Below the pieces are notes generated by a model. The model was not told where the DNA came from, ran no database searches, and worked only from the letters and a program-made list of their open reading frames with translations. 64,000 nt of DNA from a virus. The stretch is from IMG/VR virus record IMGVR_UViG_3300044632_000653; one strand, 5' to 3'. Position 1 is the first letter of the stretch. Every line of letters starts with the position of its first letter. Both the position numbers and the translations under genes were made by a program. Shown in pieces: positions 56,659 through 64,000 of this stretch.

Positions 56659-56997
56659 ATGTCTGACATCATCTCACAGGCGATGGGCATCCTCGGCGGC
56701 AAGAAGAAGGATGGTCCACCCGCACCCGCAACCACGCCACAGCGACCTCTTGTGGAGCAGTCCCCCGTGCGCACGGGCGCACCCACGCCCACGCCCACGC
56801 ACGGGCGCACACCCACGCAAGTGCGTGACCGCCTGACGAGCGTCGAGCGGAAGGTGGTGGGCGAACTCGCAAGGTTCGCAGCACTCCACGCACAGATCAT
56901 TGAGATCCGTCAGCGGATGGAGCAGGGCGAGAGCCACGGGCTCGTTGAGAGCCGCCTTGAGGACACGCTCCGCATCGCTAAGATCACCGTGAAGTGA
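56659..56997 (+). CDS. Hypothetical protein
   Basis: AAGGAG SD; Pro/Thr-rich linker. Confidence 0.55.
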   Translation: MSDIISQAMGILGGKKKDGPPAPATTPQRPLVEQSPVRTGAPTPTPTHGRTPTQVRDRLTSVERKVVGELARFAALHAQIIEIRQRMEQGESHGLVESRLEDTLRIAKITVK

Positions 56998-57242
56998 TCT
57001 TGACCTGACGGCTAAAACCGAGCGGACATCCACCGATAGATACCACAAACCACCGTGATGCCTCGCTAGCAGGGCTATGTTCACGGGCAAGGCATCTCGT
57101 AAGGGTGCCGTGGGTGGTTGGAAGCGGTTCCCCACCCTTTCGTTGAAGCCCCACGGGAGATAGCATCTCCCGTCCGACCCCCCTTGGATCCGAGGGGGGT
57201 TTCTTCATTGCTAAATACTCCCAATCAGGAGTTTGAACAGCC

Positions 57243-59540
57243 ATGATGAATGACATTCAGCGCAGGATCCTCGCAGAAGCGATCAAGTACGGCGGCAGCA
57301 ACATCTCGGTCCCCGAGCAGATGGCGAAGATGATCAACGAGTCTCCCGTCCTCACGGGCGGCGAGGCTGCACCCACGCTGTTCGGATGGGGCAAGCATCA
57401 GTTTGAAGCCAAGTTCCGTGAACTCCTGACGAGGATGGGGTTTGAGCGAGGCATCATCCACATGAAGACCGAGGGTCAGGAGATGAAGATGTACTTCGCC
57501 AACGCTGCGAAGGCTCGGGACTTCGTGGTCGCTTTCAATGGTCTTGCCCGTCGCAAGAGCATGGGATCGGTCGCATCGGTCGCCACGCAGTTCAACAAGA
57601 TCAAGGTACCCACGGGGACCAACGCCATCGTCAGCCTCGACCTCACGATGATCCGTGGCGAGTCGCTCGACATCGAAGGCACCGACCTCTACGAGTGGTT
57701 CACAGGCGACAGCATCACCGAGGAGCCTCTCAACGAAGGCGGCGTGAAGGCTGCGCTTGAGGACTTCATGTATTCGCTGCCCAAGGCTGCGATTGCCGAA
57801 ATCAAGCCGTTGATGACGGGCAAGCGTGGTCCTGTCGAGCATGCCATGCGACTCGCTTCGATCACGGCGATTCTGAACAAGCACGGCGTTGCCAAGAAAC
57901 TGATGGGGTACAACACCGCCAATCTCGTCAGCGATTACTTCAACACCTTCCATGGCGAGTCCGTCAAGGAAGAAGTTGAAGTCCAAGAGGAGTACTACTC
58001 TAGGGCAATCAATGAACCCCAATTCATACCCGCAAAGCATCTCTATGAATCGTTTTTCAAAACCCTCAAGGATGAGAAACTACCATTCGATAAAGGACAA
58101 GCAGAAAAATCCCTTGAGTATGTGTTTGCCTTGTCATTGAATGTCAAGTCTAACTGGAGCAAGTACATCAAGAATCAGGGAGACTTGATCCGTGAGGCGA
58201 TGACTCACTACATGAAGGCGATGCGGGTGGGTGGAGTGATTGAGCAACTGTCCGAACAGCAACAGGTCATCGGCAAGTATCGCTTCACATCGTTCACCGA
58301 AGGCAGCATCAGCGGATGGCTGATCAGCGTACAGGGCATCGGTGAGGTCGGCTTTATCCAAGCACCCGCCAAGAGGAACAGCAAGACTACTGTTGCTCCA
58401 CACAGGGTGTACAAGACCAAGGGACAGTCGGAAGGCGATCCCAAGTTGGTGCTGACTGCATATCCCGATAGCGGCACAAGACTTGTGGGTGGACTTGTAG
58501 ACAACAAGGAGATTCGTTTCGCTCCCCGTCAACTCCTCAAGGCTGTCGCCATGTGGATGGACAAGCATGGCAAGACGATGACCGAAGAAGTTGAGATCAC
58601 AGAGTCTCAGGATTTCCTATTGGAACTGAGTGCCGACGATCCCGACATTGAGAAGGCAGACAGAGATCTTAGAGAGAGGGAACTGTCACAAATTGGGCAG
58701 TTCATTCGGAGTCTGCCCAAGAATGCGATTCGTGAACTCAGAAAACATTGTCATGTTTATGGCAGTAGTTATTCGGGTGAATATACACGCCCACCAAATA
58801 AACTCAAAGCCATCAACTCTATTCTCAAGAAGTATGGAATTCCCCAAGAGGTAGTGTTGGATCCTAAATTTCCCCGTATCAAAGACCGAGTTGACAAACT
58901 TGTTTACGATCATTTGGATAGGGTGAGACCCGCAACCTTCCGTGTCATGGGCGGTGCTGAGACAATGATTCGTAACGATATTGCAAATGGGGCAATATCA
59001 ATGTCGGGATCAAATTGGCAAAGCGTTTTTGATGATGGGGCAAATCAGGAACATTCGGGCCATTTCATTGTTCTCACCAAGAACTACAAGAACAAGTATT
59101 CTCCTAGAGATACTATTAGTGTCGATTGGAAAACAGAGGAGATGCTTGCCCGTGAACTACGAAGACTTCCAAATGCAAAGATGCCCGAAATAAAACTTGG
59201 TGCCAAGACAACTTGGTCGGCTCCATCGGTTGGTGGGGGTGGCACCCCCATGGGTGGGGGTGGCGAGATGACCATTATCGCCATAAAGGAACAGGTCGAG
59301 ATGGTGAGCGAGTACCACCGCCGTGGCGGCTACCGCTCGACCTCGTACTCGGGCGACCCCCGTTGGATTACCGCCAAGTATGCGGGTAGGGACTCGCACG
59401 GCAAGCCTTTCAAGGCGGGTGAAAGGGTCCTGTACTTCCCGAACGGCAAGAAGTTCTACACGGGAGCGGAGGCAGAAAAGGCGTGGCTTGAGTTCCTCTC
59501 TGCCAAGGGCGACGAAGAAGGCATGCCGTTCGCCCGTTGA
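57243..59540 (+). CDS. Large modular internal head polyprotein (putative)
   Basis: TAAATA box; leader RRILAE; many acidic linkers; internal repeat F..SLPK.AI.E. Confidence 0.7.
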   Translation: MMNDIQRRILAEAIKYGGSNISVPEQMAKMINESPVLTGGEAAPTLFGWGKHQFEAKFRELLTRMGFERGIIHMKTEGQEMKMYFANAAKARDFVVAFNGLARRKSMGSVASVATQFNKIKVPTGTNAIVSLDLTMIRGESLDIEGTDLYEWFTGDSITEEPLNEGGVKAALEDFMYSLPKAAIAEIKPLMTGKRGPVEHAMRLASITAILNKHGVAKKLMGYNTANLVSDYFNTFHGESVKEEVEVQEEYYSRAINEPQFIPAKHLYESFFKTLKDEKLPFDKGQAEKSLEYVFALSLNVKSNWSKYIKNQGDLIREAMTHYMKAMRVGGVIEQLSEQQQVIGKYRFTSFTEGSISGWLISVQGIGEVGFIQAPAKRNSKTTVAPHRVYKTKGQSEGDPKLVLTAYPDSGTRLVGGLVDNKEIRFAPRQLLKAVAMWMDKHGKTMTEEVEITESQDFLLELSADDPDIEKADRDLRERELSQIGQFIRSLPKNAIRELRKHCHVYGSSYSGEYTRPPNKLKAINSILKKYGIPQEVVLDPKFPRIKDRVDKLVYDHLDRVRPATFRVMGGAETMIRNDIANGAISMSGSNWQSVFDDGANQEHSGHFIVLTKNYKNKYSPRDTISVDWKTEEMLARELRRLPNAKMPEIKLGAKTTWSAPSVGGGGTPMGGGGEMTIIAIKEQVEMVSEYHRRGGYRSTSYSGDPRWITAKYAGRDSHGKPFKAGERVLYFPNGKKFYTGAEAEKAWLEFLSAKGDEEGMPFAR

Positions 59541-59691
59541 AACATTCAATAAGATCGTAAACCCCCTGCCGCTCAACGGCGGGGGTTTTCATTTGCTATC
59601 TTTTCCTAGCCTAAAGATAGCGTTCGCCAAGGCGACAGTCAGGCATAAGTAACCGCACCCCCATGTCGGGGGCCCAATACAAGGAGCAGTA

Positions 59692-60459
59692 ATGATCAAG
59701 CAGAGCATCTTGGGGGTTGGCATCGCCGCCACCCTCACGACCGCCGCCCTCGCACAGGGCAGCAGCACTCAGGACGAGCCGTCGATCAAGGCGGCAGTCT
59801 CGGACATCAAGTGGTCGATCAACGAGAACTTCGGCTACTACACCTTCGACGGTGGAGAGGATCTCCTCGCATTCGACACGACCTTCGCACTCTCGTTGAA
59901 CGAGGACACCGAGGTGTTCGTTTCGATCCCCGTGTACAATCAGGGAGATGAGACCAGCATCGCAAACCTCGCTGTCGGTGGTGAGTTCGTCGCCGCAAAG
60001 GGAACCGATGGTCTCCTCGGGGAGTGGGACCTCTCTCTTGGCGGCGGTGTGTATCTTCCTGTTGGCTCGGAGACTTTCGATTCGTCCAATGTGGACCCGT
60101 TCTTCACGGGCGAGTTCGGCTGCAAGGCTTGGGTGTTCGACTTCACCCAAACCGCAGAGTTCCGCTTCGTTGGGGGCGGTGCCTACATGCCGTGGCTCGG
60201 TGCGAAGACCGACTCGGATGTCCTCACCTTGGGTAGCAACCTCGGCTACAAGTGGGGCGAGTTCGACCTCGCCGCCGAACTGACGCAGATCTACTACATC
60301 GATGCGAACGAGGAGCAGATCTTCCTCGGTCCTGTCGTGTCGTGGAGCCCGAACAACACGGTGTCCATCGAAGCCAAGGTGGACTTCCCCATCACGCAGA
60401 ACACCTCGACCCCCGAGACCGACATGGTCGTTGGCGTTGGTCTCGGCATCAAGTTCTGA
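59692..60459 (+). CDS. Outer-membrane beta-barrel-like protein
   Basis: Signal peptide, alternating amphipathic strands, C-terminal beta-signal VGVGLGIKF. Confidence 0.7.
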   Translation: MIKQSILGVGIAATLTTAALAQGSSTQDEPSIKAAVSDIKWSINENFGYYTFDGGEDLLAFDTTFALSLNEDTEVFVSIPVYNQGDETSIANLAVGGEFVAAKGTDGLLGEWDLSLGGGVYLPVGSETFDSSNVDPFFTGEFGCKAWVFDFTQTAEFRFVGGGAYMPWLGAKTDSDVLTLGSNLGYKWGEFDLAAELTQIYYIDANEEQIFLGPVVSWSPNNTVSIEAKVDFPITQNTSTPETDMVVGVGLGIKF

Positions 60460-60462
60460 ACC

Positions 60463-60663
60463 ATGTACATCAACCCGAACAACCTCAAGAAGGAACCTGA
60501 AAAGATGAAGACGAACAACGAGTGCTGCCCGACCAAGTCGGGCTTCTGTTGGAAGAACCCCGTTCATGTGGTCCTCTTCCTCGCCGTCCTGCCGTTTGCC
60601 CTGAACGGGCTCAACACGGTGTGGACCGCCGTTCAAACCGCCATCACCACGATGACCAAGTGA
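60463..60663 (+). CDS. Small membrane protein
   Basis: Cys-rich N-terminus, one TM segment; the start may be the downstream ATG (MKTNN). Confidence 0.55.
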   Translation: MYINPNNLKKEPEKMKTNNECCPTKSGFCWKNPVHVVLFLAVLPFALNGLNTVWTAVQTAITTMTK

Positions 60664-60762
60664 ACCAAAACCCCGCCCCGCAAGGGTGGGTTAGCCTTGG
60701 CAAGGACAGGGAGGGAGCCTTCGGGTTCCCTCCCTTGTCTTTTGGAAACCATAAATACTCAT

Positions 60763-61059
60763 GTGAAGACCTTCAGCGAGTACATCATGGAGACCAACAC
60801 CACGGCAAACCTGATCTATGCGGGGACGGACTTTGCCGTCGATGATGTCGGGGGAGACTTCGATGTCGAGGACTACGAATCCGAAGACCCCGAGGACCGC
60901 AAGAAGATGAAACCGTGGGAAGTGGAGAACGCCGAGGAAGCGAACCGCCGCAGGAACCACATCCTGCAGTGGCTGAAGGCAGCGGGGGCAAATCAATCCA
61001 AGGCGGTGACCGACAAGAGTTTGCCGCTCACACCCGAATGGCAGTCGAGGACACGATGA
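60763..61059 (+). CDS. Putative internal head protein
   Basis: TAAATA 5 nt before GTG; leader KTFSEYIME. Confidence 0.65.
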   Translation: MKTFSEYIMETNTTANLIYAGTDFAVDDVGGDFDVEDYESEDPEDRKKMKPWEVENAEEANRRRNHILQWLKAAGANQSKAVTDKSLPLTPEWQSRTR

Positions 61060-62000
61060 AGTCTTACCAGCATTTCATAAACGATCTCAACGAGATGAAG
61101 AACATAGGTGACGGCGACTGCATGGTGGTCGCCGCACAGATGTTGGTCTATCAGTCGTTCGGACCACACGCCGACATCGTGAACAAGGACTCCGTTCTCG
61201 TCCATGCCCTCGTCAGGGGTCAAGGCAAGGCGAAGGGTCTCCGATTCGCCCACGCATGGGTCGAGACGGGTGACACGGTTTACGACTACAGCAACGGCAA
61301 CAAGATAGCGATGCCGAAGGATGTCTACTACGCCATCGGCGGGGTGAAGGCCAAGCAGAAGGGTGCCTACTTCACATACACGCTGAAGGAAGCGAAGAAG
61401 AAGTTGCTCTCGACGGGTCACTACGGTCCTTGGGATCTTGACGAAAGCCTTGAGGAGAACAAGATCTCGGATCCCCGAGGGATCGGTCGGAAGAGGCTGC
61501 GGCTGTCCCCGAAGATGACCGATTTCCTCAAGACGAAGTTGACCGAGGCGATCATCACGGGTCGCCCGACCACGGGCATGCGCACGGGCGGGGGTGTGCG
61601 CTCCCTCGCACCCGCACAGCCGCAGGAGCATTCGTTCGTGTCGTGGAACGATCTCAAGCGGCTTGAGTCCATGCTTGATGCGCTCTTCGCACAGGCGGGT
61701 CTCGACATCGCCTTCACCAAGCACTTCTGGGAACGAATCAATGGAAGCCGTGGCTACGGTGGTACGGTTTCGATCCCCGAGTTGCAGGATGCCTTCCGCA
61801 AGACCTTCTCCAAGTACGCACAGCAGATCAAGGGGAAGTCGGTGAATTGGAAGGCAATCATCCTCGACATCGGCAAGGACCACCTCAACATGCCCTTCGT
61901 CCTCAATTGGAGCCCACAGGAGAAGGAGATGTCCATCGTCGCCCTCACGGCGATGAAGAAGCGCAACTTCATGGCATCCGAGCCCAAACTCCCCGTCTGA
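61056..62000 (+). CDS. Putative modular internal head protein
   Basis: Leader MKSYQHFINDLNE; GDC..HAWVE..D module (C-H-D papain/transglutaminase-like), then DI.FTKHF.ER.N module. Confidence 0.65.
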   Translation: MKSYQHFINDLNEMKNIGDGDCMVVAAQMLVYQSFGPHADIVNKDSVLVHALVRGQGKAKGLRFAHAWVETGDTVYDYSNGNKIAMPKDVYYAIGGVKAKQKGAYFTYTLKEAKKKLLSTGHYGPWDLDESLEENKISDPRGIGRKRLRLSPKMTDFLKTKLTEAIITGRPTTGMRTGGGVRSLAPAQPQEHSFVSWNDLKRLESMLDALFAQAGLDIAFTKHFWERINGSRGYGGTVSIPELQDAFRKTFSKYAQQIKGKSVNWKAIILDIGKDHLNMPFVLNWSPQEKEMSIVALTAMKKRNFMASEPKLPV

Positions 62001-62185
62001 ACCATGGAAGACCGAATCATCAACCGAGGGAAGGATTGGTTCGCCTTTACGAAGAGCATGGCTGACTACATGGTGAAGCCCATCCCGAGGAAGTTGCGGG
62101 GAGAGCCGAAGACCAAGGGAATCGCCAACGACACCCGACAGGCGCAGCACTCACCGACGAAGAATACGACAAGGATGCGACTCTA

Positions 62186-63574
62186 ATGAAAACCTACTTC
62201 GACCTACGACAGGACCTACGACAGCAGAACCCCGATCAAGCCGAACTCATCGCCGAGCAGTTGAACCGCTACCTTGAGGAGAAGGCACTCGTCCTCGGGA
62301 AGGGCGAGAACTACGGACAGGCGGTCATCCTTGCGGGTGGTGCGGGATCGGGCAAGTCTTTCGCCGTCAGCAACTTCATGCAGGGGGAGAAGTTCAAGGT
62401 GTTCAATGTGGACTCACTCAAGGACACCCTGCTCTCCATCAGGGATCGTTTGAAGCGAGTCCCTGACATGCAACTCTCGGGAGGTATCAAGAGCGTCGTG
62501 CAAGCGATCCAAGACCTCAACCTGAGGAAGCCAAAGGATGTGGGCACCCTTCACATGATAGCGAAGAAGTTGGGTGGCAGGGGTCCAAATGACTCCACGA
62601 TGATTGGCAGGGTCGTTGGCAAGGTCGATGACACCAACTTCCACAAGCAGGAGGACATCCTCTCGCTGAAGGAACTGATCAAGGACTTCAATGTCGATCA
62701 GAAGAATCAGATCATGTTCTTCGCCGACAAGACCAAGAGCGTCAAGCCGAATGTGATGTTCGATGTGACGCTCAAGGACATCGGTGCGCTGCATAGTGAA
62801 CTCGGTGGAGAGTTCGGCATCATCCAACTCCTCAAGATGGCGGGATATGCACCCGAGAACATCCACATCGTTTGGATCCTCACGGACTACCGCATCGCCA
62901 TGCGGCAGAACCTCACCCGCAGTCGTGTCGTGGCATCGGACATCTTCTTCGCCACGCACCTCGGCGCAAGCGGAACCATGCGGGACATCGTCTTCAAGAA
63001 CTACTCAAGCCTCGGGATCAACGGCGATATCGCCGTCATCCTCGGAGGCGGCAAGGGACAAGTCGAGTTTGAGGTTGGCAAGTCCTATGGACCCGATACG
63101 AAGTCCACCGAGGGGACTCCTCTCCTCAAGGGCGGTCTCAAGGGGAAGTCGTTCACCGTGACCTCTGCGAACAAGTTGACGCTTCCTGTGTTCATCGACT
63201 TCCGCTACTACAGGCTGAAGAAGGCAGGTGACCGTTCGATCAACCGAGAGGCTCTTCAGTCGATCCACGATGCGATCAGCAAGATGGCACCGAGCGGGAA
63301 GACGGGTGCGGCGGCTGCACAGGCGCAGGTCGTGCGGAAAATAATGAGCGACTTCAACGGGGCGCAGAAACTGATCTTGCAGATGCTCCAGCGAGGTGTC
63401 TCGGTCGAGCAGATCAAGAGCGAGTACAGGAGGAAGTTCCCTCCCCTCAAGCCGATCCACCCCGAGACGGCTGCTGCACTCGGTCTCTCCGAACTTGAGT
63501 ACAAGCCCGTACTCGACCAACGGGTGGCTGACATCCTCGGTTTGAAGGTCGGGGAGTACAAGTTGAGGAGTTGA
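62186..63574 (+). CDS. P-loop kinase (zeta-toxin/AAA_33-like) with leader peptide
   Basis: VILAGGAGSGKS, FNVD, FD.T, N..R.R.V; leader MKTYFDL..YLEE. Confidence 0.7.
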   Translation: MKTYFDLRQDLRQQNPDQAELIAEQLNRYLEEKALVLGKGENYGQAVILAGGAGSGKSFAVSNFMQGEKFKVFNVDSLKDTLLSIRDRLKRVPDMQLSGGIKSVVQAIQDLNLRKPKDVGTLHMIAKKLGGRGPNDSTMIGRVVGKVDDTNFHKQEDILSLKELIKDFNVDQKNQIMFFADKTKSVKPNVMFDVTLKDIGALHSELGGEFGIIQLLKMAGYAPENIHIVWILTDYRIAMRQNLTRSRVVASDIFFATHLGASGTMRDIVFKNYSSLGINGDIAVILGGGKGQVEFEVGKSYGPDTKSTEGTPLLKGGLKGKSFTVTSANKLTLPVFIDFRYYRLKKAGDRSINREALQSIHDAISKMAPSGKTGAAAAQAQVVRKIMSDFNGAQKLILQMLQRGVSVEQIKSEYRRKFPPLKPIHPETAAALGLSELEYKPVLDQRVADILGLKVGEYKLRS

Positions 63575-63627
63575 CGGAAACGGATGAAAACTTCTGCCTG
63601 TTGGGCGATTATGCCGATGAGGGACAC

Positions 63628-64000
63628 ATGAAACGACAACCTCTAGCCCGACATCTCCTTGAATCAAATCTCGCCTTGACCCGTGAGAACTCGGCGTTCA
63701 TAGACTATCTCGTCTCGTTTGAAGCGACGATCCATTCGATCCAATCTCACGCAAAGGCGACGGGAATCGTTGAGTTGGATCGTCTCTCCGAGTTGCGGAG
63801 GCAGTTGCAGTCGGTCATCACGGCGACCGAGGACCGCCGCATCGCCAACACGGGACGAAAGGATGCACCCGACCTCGCTGACCTCAACAAGACGGTGCAG
63901 CAGGACGAGGGGATCAAGTCGTACCTCTACAACATCGACATCGATCCCGTGAAGTACGACAAGATGCTCGGCAAGATGCTTGATGACATGTTCAAGCCGC
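63628..64000 (+). CDS. Hypothetical protein (truncated by window end)
   Basis: GAGGG SD, open frame to the window end, leader ..RHLLES. Confidence 0.55.
   Translation, partial: MKRQPLARHLLESNLALTRENSAFIDYLVSFEATIHSIQSHAKATGIVELDRLSELRRQLQSVITATEDRRIANTGRKDAPDLADLNKTVQQDEGIKSYLYNIDIDPVKYDKMLGKMLDDMFKP

Overview
This window is 64 kb of a large, GC-rich T4-like myovirus genome. It opens with the conserved head-tail morphogenesis block (gp14-gp23 plus two gp3-like genes, 1-15 kb). The rest is accessory DNA of two kinds. Small early genes sit behind sigma70-type promoters and diverge from about 42.2 kb. Late genes sit behind a degenerate TA(A/C/G)(A/G)TA box. Recognisable enzymes include gmd/fcl (GDP-fucose synthesis), a D12-class adenine methyltransferase, a divergent CobT-like vWA / CobS-like AAA+ pair, a PAP2 phosphatase, a 2H phosphoesterase, a ParB-like protein and a P-loop kinase. 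The most unusual signals are: (1) a phage-encoded cohesin-dockerin set, made of a secreted tandem-cohesin scaffold, a trypsin-like protease with a dockerin and a second dockerin protein, in a style that suggests a Phycisphaerae/Planctomycetota host; (2) a large family of late proteins with T4 internal-protein-like capsid-targeting leaders, several built as mosaic polyproteins with acidic protease-site linkers; (3) a ~320-bp nested palindrome with four consensus promoters and DnaA boxes at the strand switch; (4) apparently leaderless mRNAs, candidate structured RNAs and strong avoidance of several 4-bp palindromes. All calls come from reading motifs by eye; no database searches were run.
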